A stretch of DNA of 64,000 nucleotides from an uncultured bacterium (GTDB lineage Bacteria; Pseudomonadota; Gammaproteobacteria; Burkholderiales; SG8-39). Shown piece by piece: positions 11,920 to 20,442 of this stretch. The notes beneath the pieces are model-generated. The model saw only the letters and a list, made by a program, of their open reading frames with translations. It had not been told where the DNA came from and ran no database searches. Both the position numbers and the translations under genes were made by a program. How positions within the stretch are numbered: position 1 is the first letter of the stretch; the number at the start of each line of letters is the position of its first letter. The DNA lies in NCBI GenBank assembly GCA_965233165.1, contig CBDDRX010000041.1, positions 232-64,231 on the forward strand, in the 5' to 3' direction.

Positions 11920-12798
11920 GTGAAACAGATCCTCTCCGGGCTGCTGCTGACTGCAAGCGCCGCGCTGGCGCAGCCGCTCCCCGTGCTGCATTTCGAACCT
12001 CCGCAGGGCTTTACCGGCAGCCTCGGCCGCGATCCTTCGGCGCATGTCTCGATGAGCGGCGACGCGACGCTGAACGTCTACCCGTTCCGCCGCCTGGAGG
12101 GTCCTTTCGCCGACCAGTTCCGGCGCACGCTCCTGCGCGAGCGCCTCGTTCCGGGAACCCAGGAAGCGCGCCTCGCCGGAGCGCCCGAGATCCAGGCGCT
12201 CGCGGTGCCCGGCGCCGAGGCAGCGATGTTCGCGCGCTTCGTCGAGGACCGCTTCGGCACCGCGCGCTACCGGCTGCGGCTCGCGATTTTCTCCGGCGGC
12301 GCGGTCTCGCTCGTCGACTACAACGCCGCGAGCCCCGAGGCGTACCAGCGCAACTGGCCGTCCGTGGCTGCGGTCATGGATTCGCTGAAGGTGGGCGGCT
12401 CGCCGGCCGCGGCAGCGCGCCCGGCGGCGCCGAAAGGGAAGGCGGCGGCCGGTGGCGCGGACGGCCTCTATCTCGCAAGCACGCGGCGTTTCGTGATGAG
12501 CCTCGGCGGCGCGCCGGGCAGCGGATCGTGGCAGGTCGCCACGCGCTTCTACCTGCTCTCTCCCGACGGCCGCTTTCATCGCGGCTACGACCTGCCTTCG
12601 GTCCCCGGCGGCGACCTGCGGCGCTTCGACTACGATGCGGCGGCGCGCGCCGACCGGCACAACACCGGCACGTATGCGCGCCGGGGAAATCGCCTGTCCT
12701 TCTCGAGCGGCACGGGGGAAAGCCTGGAGGGAACCCTGAGCGGCGAGGAACTGGCGCTCGACAGCCTCACGTTCAGGAAGGCGGCGCTGAAAAAGTAG
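11920..12798 (+). CDS. hypothetical exported protein
   Basis: 292 aa, GTG start, N-terminal signal peptide (LLLTASAALAQP). No recognisable domain. GC3-rich. The 3' end overlaps the kinase gene by 26 nt. Confidence 0.55.
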   Translation: MKQILSGLLLTASAALAQPLPVLHFEPPQGFTGSLGRDPSAHVSMSGDATLNVYPFRRLEGPFADQFRRTLLRERLVPGTQEARLAGAPEIQALAVPGAEAAMFARFVEDRFGTARYRLRLAIFSGGAVSLVDYNAASPEAYQRNWPSVAAVMDSLKVGGSPAAAARPAAPKGKAAAGGADGLYLASTRRFVMSLGGAPGSGSWQVATRFYLLSPDGRFHRGYDLPSVPGGDLRRFDYDAAARADRHNTGTYARRGNRLSFSSGTGESLEGTLSGEELALDSLTFRKAALKK

Positions 12799-14734
12799 CC
12801 CACCACTCCTGGGCTTCGCGCTGCGTCCAGCGGTGCTCGGCGGCGAGCGCGTCGAGCGCCTCCACCAGGCCGGCGACGCTCTGCGGGCGCAGGTCGCGGG
12901 ATTTCTCCAGGCAGGCGGTGACCAGCAGGTCGAGCTCCACCGGGATCGGCTGCGGCGCGGCGGCGCCGACGCGCGGCGGCTCCTCGTTCAGGATCTTGCT
13001 CGTGAGCGCGAAGTCCTCGGCGGCGTCGAACATGCGCTTTCCGGTCAGCATCAGGTAGGCGACCGCGCCGAGGGCGTAGATGTCGGCGCGCGCGTCCACG
13101 TCGGTCGGATCGCGCAGGCGCTCCGGCGCCATGTAGAGCGGCGTGCCGAGGATGCGCTGGCTGCGTGTCAGGTCGCGGCTGTGCGGCTGCGACAGGCTCT
13201 TCACCAGGCCGAAATCGAGGATCTTCACGAAGTCGTGCGCGCCGCCGTAGCGGCACACCATGATGTTCTCCGGCTTGACGTCGCGGTGCACCAGGCCCTT
13301 GCCATGTGCCTCGGACAGGCCGGCGCACACCTGGCGCAGCAGGTGGATGGCGCGCGCGACCGGGACCACCGGCGGAACGGACTTCTCGAGGACCTGCGAG
13401 ACGGTCAGGCCGTCGAGGTACTCCATGGCGTAGTAGAACAGGCCGTCGCGCGTGCGCCCATAGTCGAAGATCTCGACGGTGTTCGGGTGCGAGAAGCTGC
13501 TCGCGATCTGCACCTCGCGCTCGAAGCGGGCGATCATCTCGTCGGTCGCGCGCGCCGGCTTGAGCAGCTTGATGGCGGTCGGCCGCTTCAGCAGGTCGTG
13601 CCGCGCGAGGTAGACGGTCGCGACGCCGCCTTCGCCGATCTGCTTCTCCAGGACGTACGGGCCGAGCTTGCGGTGCGTGCCGAGCTGGCTGCGCAGGCGC
13701 ATCATGGAGAATACGCTCGCCAGCGCGGCGATCACCGCGGCCACCAGCGCGCCGAACACGACGCTGAAGGCGATGTTCAGGTAACGCAGCGGCGCATACG
13801 CCTCGGCCGCCTCGATCTGGATGGCGACGCCCATGGCGTACTCCGGCAGCCAGCGCCAGGCGCCGATGACCGGCGCGCCGCGGCGGTTCTCGTAGGGCTC
13901 GAGGATGACGCCGCCGCCCTCCATGATCCCGATGCGCGCGCGCATCGGGGCGAGCGTGCCGAAGCTCTCGGCGCTGAGCATGGTGCCGTTCTCGTCGAAC
14001 GCGAAGGTCTCGCCGGTTTCGCCCGGGCGCGCCGCATTGAGGATGGAGGCGAACACCGCGTCGACCGGCTCGGCGATCGCCAGCACGGCGATGACGCGGT
14101 CCGCGCCGTCGCGAACCGGCACCGCCATCCAGGCGAAAGGCGCGCCGGCGCGCACGCTCGGCGGCGAGGCGACGCGCTCGGCGTCCAGCACCGGGCGCAG
14201 GAAGCGCGCGCCCCCGTCGAAGACCGGGCCGAGCTGCGGGAGGAAGCGCTCCGGATGGACGGAAAGCCCGCAGTACTCGGGAAAGCGCGTCGCGACCAGC
14301 CGGCCGTCGGGGGCGATGACATTGAAGGTGGCGTCGCCGACCTCGCGCAGCAGCGGGCGCAGCGTCTCCTCCAGGCGGGCGCGCGCCGGCCCGGCGCACA
14401 GCGCCTCGCGCCGGGCGCCGCGTCCGGCGAGGGCCACGAGCTCGCCCACCGCGTCGCGCACCCGCGGAGCGCGCGCGATGCGCTCGGTGTCGGCGATTTC
14501 CTCCGCCACCCAGATGCGCAGCGCATTGACCTCCGAGTCGAGGAGGTTGCGCATCGTCCCGGCGCGCAGCTCGCGCAACGAGCCGGCCACGGCGCCGTAG
14601 GTCCAGTACCCGAGGGCGAAAAGCAGGACGGCGCTCGCAAGCACGACCAGCGCCCACGTGGAGGTGGCGGGAGGACGCGGCCGGACGTCGCCGTCCGCCG
14701 GGTGAAGCGTGTCGGCCTGTGTTTCCTGGACTAT
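12773..14734 (-). CDS. receptor Ser/Thr protein kinase with periplasmic Cache-like sensor domain
   Basis: C-terminal Hanks kinase motifs: GEGGVATVY, AIKLL, HRDVKPENIM, DFGL, APE. Two TM segments bracket a Cache-like region of about 330 aa. The upstream part of track ORF 12773..15559 is only moxR read out of frame. The start is unresolved: ATA 14734, CTG 14650 or GTG 14644. Confidence 0.82.
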   Translation of the reverse strand: MVQETQADTLHPADGDVRPRPPATSTWALVVLASAVLLFALGYWTYGAVAGSLRELRAGTMRNLLDSEVNALRIWVAEEIADTERIARAPRVRDAVGELVALAGRGARREALCAGPARARLEETLRPLLREVGDATFNVIAPDGRLVATRFPEYCGLSVHPERFLPQLGPVFDGGARFLRPVLDAERVASPPSVRAGAPFAWMAVPVRDGADRVIAVLAIAEPVDAVFASILNAARPGETGETFAFDENGTMLSAESFGTLAPMRARIGIMEGGGVILEPYENRRGAPVIGAWRWLPEYAMGVAIQIEAAEAYAPLRYLNIAFSVVFGALVAAVIAALASVFSMMRLRSQLGTHRKLGPYVLEKQIGEGGVATVYLARHDLLKRPTAIKLLKPARATDEMIARFEREVQIASSFSHPNTVEIFDYGRTRDGLFYYAMEYLDGLTVSQVLEKSVPPVVPVARAIHLLRQVCAGLSEAHGKGLVHRDVKPENIMVCRYGGAHDFVKILDFGLVKSLSQPHSRDLTRSQRILGTPLYMAPERLRDPTDVDARADIYALGAVAYLMLTGKRMFDAAEDFALTSKILNEEPPRVGAAAPQPIPVELDLLVTACLEKSRDLRPQSVAGLVEALDALAAEHRWTQREAQEWWATFSAPPS

Positions 14735-15678
14735 GGGATCGGCACGGCAGCGAGCAGCTGCGCGCCGATGTCGATGCGGCGCACCGAATCGTGCGCGGGC
14801 CGCAGGCGGTGCCCGGCAACGCCCGGGAGGATGGCCTGCACGTCCTCCGGGATCACCTTGTCGCGGCCCTCGAGCATCGCCCAGGCGCGCGCCGAATGCA
14901 CGAGCGCCAGGGCGGCGCGCGGCGAGAGGCCCGCCACGTAGTTCGGCGAGCGGCGCGTGTACTCGACGATCGCCTGCACGTAGTCGAGCAGCGCGGGCGC
15001 GACGTGGATCTTCTGCACCCCGGCCTGCAGCTCCATCAGCTCGGCCGGCGACATCGACGCATCCAGGGTCGCCAGCAGGTCGCGCCGGTCGGTGCCGGAG
15101 AGCAGCGCGCGCTCCGCGTCGCGGTCCGGGTAGCCGAGCTCGATGCGCATCATGAAGCGGTCGAGCTGCGACTCGGGGAGCGGGAAGGTGCCCACCTGCT
15201 CGGACGGGTTCTGCGTGGCGATGACGAAGAACGGCTCGGGCAGCTTGCGCGTCTCGCCTTCGGCGGTGACCTGGTGCTCCTCCATCGCCTCGAGGAGCGC
15301 GGACTGCGTCTTCGGCGTGGCGCGGTTCACCTCGTCGGCGAGGATGACCTGGGCGAAGATCGGCCCGGCGTGGAACTGGAAGCCGCCGGTCTCGCGCTCG
15401 TAGACCGCGACGCCGAGGATGTCGGCCGGCAGCATGTCGCTGGTGAACTGGATGCGCTGGAAGTGCAGCCCGAGCGAGCGGGCGAGCACGTGGGCGAGGG
15501 TGGTCTTGCCCACCCCGGGGAGGTCCTCGATCAGCAGGTGGCCGCGCGCGAGCATGCACGCGAGCGCCTGGCGGACCTGCGTCTCCTTGCCGAGGATGAT
15601 GCTGCTCGCGGCCGCGATGACGCGGTCGATCGGCCCGCGCCCGGCGGCGCGCGGCTGGAACTCGGCTTTCAGGAGCAT
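14731..15678 (-). CDS. MoxR-family AAA+ ATPase
   Basis: 315 aa. Walker A GVGKTTLA, Walker B ILADEVNRA, and sensor regions typical of the MoxR/AAA_3 family. Confidence 0.92.
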   Translation of the reverse strand: MLLKAEFQPRAAGRGPIDRVIAAASSIILGKETQVRQALACMLARGHLLIEDLPGVGKTTLAHVLARSLGLHFQRIQFTSDMLPADILGVAVYERETGGFQFHAGPIFAQVILADEVNRATPKTQSALLEAMEEHQVTAEGETRKLPEPFFVIATQNPSEQVGTFPLPESQLDRFMMRIELGYPDRDAERALLSGTDRRDLLATLDASMSPAELMELQAGVQKIHVAPALLDYVQAIVEYTRRSPNYVAGLSPRAALALVHSARAWAMLEGRDKVIPEDVQAILPGVAGHRLRPAHDSVRRIDIGAQLLAAVPIP

Positions 15679-15731
15679 GCGTCCCCGGAAATCATGCCGG
15701 CGATTGTACTCGATGGGATAAGATTTACCTC

Positions 15732-16661
15732 GTGAGCGCAGCGTTCGTCACGCACTCCGATTGTCTGAAGCATGAGATGGGTGCGCACCATCCCGAGCAG
15801 CCGGCGCGGCTCGCCGCGATCGAGGACCAGCTCATCGCCTCGGGCATCGGCCCGCACCTGGCGAGGTTCGACGCGCCCTTCGCCACCGACGAGCAGCTCG
15901 CCCGGGTCCATCCGCTCGAATACGTGCGCGCCATCCGGGAGGCCGCGCCCGAGCAGGGCACGATCCACCTCGACCCGGACACCGCGATGAACCCGCACAC
16001 TCTGAGCGCCGCGCTGCGGGCCGCCGGCGCCGCCGTGCTCGCCACCGACCTGGTCATGCAGGACAAGGTGAAGACCGCGTTCTGCAGCGTGCGGCCTCCG
16101 GGCCACCACGCCTGCCGCGCCCGGCCGATGGGCTTCTGCATCTTCAACAACGTCGCCGTCGCCGCGCGACACGCCATTCATGAACACGGCGTCGAGCGCG
16201 TGGCGATCATCGACTTCGACGTGCACCACGGCAACGGCACCGAGGACATCTTCGAGGGAGACGAGCACGTCCTGATGGCCTCGACCTTCCAGCACCCGTT
16301 CTATCCCTACAGCGGCACCGAGGCGCCGGCGCGGAACATGGTGAACGTGCCCCTCGCCGCCGGCGCCGGCTCGCGCGAATTCCGCCAGGCGGTCACCGAG
16401 GCCTGGCTGCCCGCGCTCGACGACTTCCGGCCCGAGCTGGTGATCTTCTCCGCCGGGTTCGACGCGCATGCCGAGGACGACATGGCGATGCTGCGCCTGG
16501 CCGACGCGGACTACGGCTGGGTGACGCGGCAGGTGAAGACCATCGCCGACCGGCATGCCGGCGGCCGGATCGTCTCGATGCTCGAGGGCGGCTATGCCCT
16601 GTCCGCGCTCGGCCGCAGCGCCGTGCAGCACATCAGGGTCCTCGCCGGCCTGGATGCCTGA
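15732..16661 (+). CDS. histone deacetylase-family (AcuC/AphA-like) amidohydrolase
   Basis: 309 aa, GTG start. Zinc/catalytic motifs: RPPGHHA, DFDVHHGNGT, GFDAH. Confidence 0.88.
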   Translation: MSAAFVTHSDCLKHEMGAHHPEQPARLAAIEDQLIASGIGPHLARFDAPFATDEQLARVHPLEYVRAIREAAPEQGTIHLDPDTAMNPHTLSAALRAAGAAVLATDLVMQDKVKTAFCSVRPPGHHACRARPMGFCIFNNVAVAARHAIHEHGVERVAIIDFDVHHGNGTEDIFEGDEHVLMASTFQHPFYPYSGTEAPARNMVNVPLAAGAGSREFRQAVTEAWLPALDDFRPELVIFSAGFDAHAEDDMAMLRLADADYGWVTRQVKTIADRHAGGRIVSMLEGGYALSALGRSAVQHIRVLAGLDA

Positions 16662-16670
16662 GAGGCGCGC

Positions 16671-17042
16671 CTAGTCGAGGCGCCAGGGCTCGCAGGTCCC
16701 GGAAGCCGCTCCGGAAGGCTGGCGCCGCAGCGAAGCGGCGGGTTCGTGTGCCGCCCGGTTGTCGAAATGCCAGGCGTGCTGCGCGGAAAAGCGCGTGCAG
16801 CGGAGGAGGTCGCCGCGCGTGCAGGCGGTGAGCGTGGTGACGCGCACGCTCGGCCCTTCGCCTTCGATGAAGTGGAGCTGTCCCTGCTCTTCCCTCAGCG
16901 CGACGGGCCGGCGCCCGGGCCGGCGCGAGTCGATGACTGCGCCTTCTTCCGCGCTGTGGATCTCGTAGAGCAGGACCGCCTCGGCGTTGAAATCGCAGAT
17001 CAGCTCGCCCGCGGCCAGCAGGGCGGCGGCCAGCGTGCTCAT
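16671..17042 (-). CDS. hypothetical protein, translationally coupled to selU
   Basis: 123 aa. Its ATG overlaps the selU stop (ATGA at 17039-17042). GC3-rich. No recognisable motif. Confidence 0.45.
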   Translation of the reverse strand: MSTLAAALLAAGELICDFNAEAVLLYEIHSAEEGAVIDSRRPGRRPVALREEQGQLHFIEGEGPSVRVTTLTACTRGDLLRCTRFSAQHAWHFDNRAAHEPAASLRRQPSGAASGTCEPWRLD

Positions 17043-18106
17043 GCGGCGGCGCGCTCGCGCGCGGCCAGGCGCGCGGCGATGGCAGCGAAGGCGTCCGGCG
17101 TGTCCACCGGGAGGCGCTCGGCCTCGGCGAGGGCGGGGAAGTTCCGCGTCGAGCTCTTGCGGTAGGCGGGGTCATAGTGCTCGAGGAGCAGGCGCGAGAC
17201 GAACTCGCGCCAGGCGCCGGCTTCGCCGAGCGCCTTCCATTGGGCGATCTTCTCGCGCCCGTGCAGCGCCACCAGGCAGTCGAGCTGCGCGTCGAGCGCC
17301 GCGCGGTCCTGCGTGAAATGCCGGTATTCGTCGAGGAGCAGCGTGACCCGGGTCTCCACGCCCGCCTCGAGAGCGACGCAGCGCGATGCGCGCATGCGCG
17401 AGATCAGGCCATCGGGGACCTGCAGCTGGCCGATCTTCTTCGACTCGCCTTCGACAAAGACCGTGCGCCGCGGGTCGAGCCGGGTGAGCGCGTGCAGCAG
17501 CCGGGATTCGAACATCTTCTGCGAAGGCTGCGGCCGGTCCGGAAGGTTGCCGAGGACCGAGCCGCGGTGCGCAGCGAGCCCCTCCAGGTCGAGCACCTGG
17601 GCGCCGGCCCTCGCGTGGGCGGCGAGAAGGCGGCTCTTGCCGCTGCCGGTCGGCCCGTGCACCACGGCGTAGGAGAACCGGCCGGGAATCCGGTCGAGCT
17701 CGGCGACCACCCAGCGGCGGTAGGCGCGGTAGCCGCCTTCGAGCGTCGCGGCCCCCCAGCCGATCTCCTGCAGGATGTGCGCCATCGCCCCGGAGCGCTT
17801 GCCCCCGCGCCAGCAGTAGACGAGCGGGCGCCAGTCCTTCGGCTTGTCGCGGAAGTGGCGCTCCACGTGCGCGGCGACGTTGCGCGCGACCAGCGCGCCG
17901 CCGACCTTCTTCGCCTCGAAAGCCGAGACCTGCTTGTAAAGCGTGCCGACCTCGGCGCGCTCGCTGTCGCTCAGGACCGGCGTCGACAGTGCATCCGGAA
18001 CGTGGTCTTCCGCGTATTCGGAAGGCGTGCGCGCGTCGAGGATCGCGTCGAATCCCGTAAGGATCGCGGCATCCATCGCGACCGAGTGCCTGGACGGCTT
18101 GTCCAT
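17039..18106 (-). CDS. selU: tRNA 2-selenouridine synthase
   Basis: 355 aa. The N-terminal rhodanese domain has the active-site VYCWRGGKRSG, followed by the P-loop GPTGSGKS. Confidence 0.9.
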   Translation of the reverse strand: MDKPSRHSVAMDAAILTGFDAILDARTPSEYAEDHVPDALSTPVLSDSERAEVGTLYKQVSAFEAKKVGGALVARNVAAHVERHFRDKPKDWRPLVYCWRGGKRSGAMAHILQEIGWGAATLEGGYRAYRRWVVAELDRIPGRFSYAVVHGPTGSGKSRLLAAHARAGAQVLDLEGLAAHRGSVLGNLPDRPQPSQKMFESRLLHALTRLDPRRTVFVEGESKKIGQLQVPDGLISRMRASRCVALEAGVETRVTLLLDEYRHFTQDRAALDAQLDCLVALHGREKIAQWKALGEAGAWREFVSRLLLEHYDPAYRKSSTRNFPALAEAERLPVDTPDAFAAIAARLAARERAAA

Positions 18107-18417
18107 CTGCCCGGATTTTACGCTGCTCAGTTTCCGGCTCGCGCCAGCGTCGAAGTAGCCGCCTTGACAACAGGGAGTTCCTTCGGAGAGTCTTGAACGA
18201 TGCTGATTCTTGCCCGCCTCATCTCCGCGAGCTGCCGTTCGCTCGTGTCGATGCTCGGCACGGGCTGCGCGCGCAGAGGACGAGCAGGCCGCTCCGGAAG
18301 CCCGGACGACTTCACTGCGGCCGCCCGCACGATGGTCCTGCTTTCCTCTCCCGCCTTCCGTTTCACCCCGAACCCGTCCGTTTCCTCACCCATCCCATCT
18401 GGCAGGGAGGTACGTTC

Positions 18418-19497
18418 ATGCATCGCAGATCGTTCCTGAAGGTTTCTTCGATGGCCGCCGCGGCGGCCGCGCTGCCGTGGCGCGGGGCGCTCGCCGCCCC
18501 GATCGCCGGCTGGCGCAGCTACGAAGTGGTTTCCCGCGTCGAGATCCTCAAGCCGCGCGGCGTTTCCCGCGCCTGGATCCCGCTCCCGTCGGTGGACAAC
18601 GCCGAATGGCACAAGACGCTGGGCAGCAGCTGGACCGGCAACGCGGGCCGCACGCTGGTCGCGACCGACGGCAAGTACGGCGCGCAGATGCTCTACGCGG
18701 AATGGGCGGAAGGAACGGCCAGCCCGGTCCTGGAGGTGACGAGCCGCGTCTCCACGCAGGACCGCGACATCGACGTGACCCGCGCGCGCTCCGGCGCGGA
18801 GCTCTCGGCGCCCGAGCGCGTCTTCTATACCTCGGCGACCGACTACATCCCGACCGACGGGATCGTGCGCGACACGGCGCAGAAGGCGATCAAGGGCGCG
18901 CGCAGCGAGGTCGACAAGGCGCGCGCGATCTACGAATGGGTGGTGGACAACACGTTCCGCGATCCCAAGACGCGCGGCTGCGGCTGGGGCGACATCAAGG
19001 CAATGCTCGAGACCGGGAACCTCGGCGGCAAGTGCGGCGACCTGAACGCGCTGTTCGTCGGGCTCGCGCGCTCGGTCGGCGTTCCGGCGCGCGATGTGTA
19101 CGGGCTGCGCGTCGCCCCCTCCGAGTACGGCTACAAGAGCCTCGGCGTAGGCTCGAGCAACGTGACGCGCGCGCAGCACTGCCGCGCGGAATTCTTCGCG
19201 CAGGGGATCGGCTGGGTTCCCGTCGATCCGGCGGACGTGCGCAAGGTGGTGCTCGAGGAGCCGCCGGCCAACCTGCCGCTGGGCGACCCCAAGGTGCAGG
19301 CGGCGCGCCAGCGCCTGTTCGGCAACTGGGAGATGAACTGGCTCGCCTACAACATGGGCCACGACATCAAGCTGCCCAACTCCAGCGGGCCGAAGATCCC
19401 CTATCTCATGTACATCAACGCGGAATCCGGCGGCGAGGCGCGCGACCCGCTCGACCCGGACTCGCTCAAGTACACGATCACGGCGAAGCCTGCCTGA
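18418..19497 (+). CDS. Tat-exported transglutaminase-like cysteine peptidase family protein
   Basis: ATG 18418 is preceded by GGAGG at 7-nt spacing. Twin-arginine signal MHRRSFLKVSSMAAAAAA. Cys-His-Asp core: GKCGDLNALF, HCRAEFF, VPVDPAD. Confidence 0.8.
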   Translation: MHRRSFLKVSSMAAAAAALPWRGALAAPIAGWRSYEVVSRVEILKPRGVSRAWIPLPSVDNAEWHKTLGSSWTGNAGRTLVATDGKYGAQMLYAEWAEGTASPVLEVTSRVSTQDRDIDVTRARSGAELSAPERVFYTSATDYIPTDGIVRDTAQKAIKGARSEVDKARAIYEWVVDNTFRDPKTRGCGWGDIKAMLETGNLGGKCGDLNALFVGLARSVGVPARDVYGLRVAPSEYGYKSLGVGSSNVTRAQHCRAEFFAQGIGWVPVDPADVRKVVLEEPPANLPLGDPKVQAARQRLFGNWEMNWLAYNMGHDIKLPNSSGPKIPYLMYINAESGGEARDPLDPDSLKYTITAKPA

Positions 19498-20422
19498 GCG
19501 CCGCACGGACCGCGCCGAGGAGCGCGCGGCGCTCCTCGGCCGGGGCGAACAGACGCCTGCGCCCGCGCATCGCCGCCTTCAGCGTCCGGTAGAAGGCGTG
19601 GTCGCGGCTTCGCGCCATCAGCGCGGCAAGCGCTTCGTGATCGCCGGTGCGGAAGTAGGCCGGCCAGGATGCGCCGAGCATGCCGAGGTTGCCCGACATG
19701 CGCGAGGCGAGCACCGGCACGCCGATGCGCGCGGCCTCCGCGATGACGTTCGCCCCGCCCTCCATTCTCGAGCTCACCACCAGCACATGGCTTGCGGCGA
19801 TCCACCGCAGGGCCCGCCCGTGCGGCAGGCTGCCGAGCCAGCGATAGCGCGGCTCGCGGCGCATCCACGCGCGGGCCGTCCTTTCGTGCGCCGCGTCCAG
19901 GGCGGCGCCGATGTGCACGAGCTCGATCGCGTCGTCGTTCACGAGCTCCAGGGCAAGCGCGGCGCGGAACGGATCCTTCACCTCGCGCAGATGGCCCACC
20001 ACGACGATGCGGAACCGCCCGCGCGGCGGCACGTGGCGCAGCTTCGTGTCGCTCGACTGGTAGACGACGTGCGCCTTTGCGCGCATCCCGGCCGGGAGCC
20101 GCCGGAGCGCGTCTTCCTGGAGCACGATCAGGCGGTCGGCGAGCCGCAGCGAGCGGCGCGCCTCGGCGCTGCCGGGCAGGTCGGCGTACAGGTCGGTTCC
20201 CGTCAGCGCCACGATGCGCGGGCCGGCGAACCGGACGATCGAATCGTGGCTGCGGCGCGCATGCAGCGCGAGCAATGCATCGCATTTCCCGCCCTGCCAG
20301 GAAAGGGCGACGCGGCAATCGAAGCCGGCGCCGCGCAGCATGCCCGCCCAGCGCGCCGCGGTATGGAGGTTGCCGTTGCGCGTTCCCGGGCGCGCCGGCG
20401 TGACGATCGAGATGCGCGGCAT
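19478..20422 (-). CDS. senB: SenB-like glycosyltransferase (selenosugar synthase candidate)
   Basis: 314 aa, compact GT-B-like (SSRMEGGANVIAEAARIGVPVLAS). It is divergent from and 20 nt away from the EgtB-like/SelD pair. The assignment rests mainly on context and remembered family features. Confidence 0.75.
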   Translation of the reverse strand: MPRISIVTPARPGTRNGNLHTAARWAGMLRGAGFDCRVALSWQGGKCDALLALHARRSHDSIVRFAGPRIVALTGTDLYADLPGSAEARRSLRLADRLIVLQEDALRRLPAGMRAKAHVVYQSSDTKLRHVPPRGRFRIVVVGHLREVKDPFRAALALELVNDDAIELVHIGAALDAAHERTARAWMRREPRYRWLGSLPHGRALRWIAASHVLVVSSRMEGGANVIAEAARIGVPVLASRMSGNLGMLGASWPAYFRTGDHEALAALMARSRDHAFYRTLKAAMRGRRRLFAPAEERRALLGAVRAALRQASP

Positions 20423-20442
20423 GGCTTGGATAGACTCGCGAA

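Noticed and set aside
12773-15559. The 928-aa ORF as a single giant kinase gene.
   Set aside because: Its N-terminal ~275 codons are simply moxR read in another frame (Arg/Pro-rich nonsense). The real kinase begins at or just after the moxR stop.
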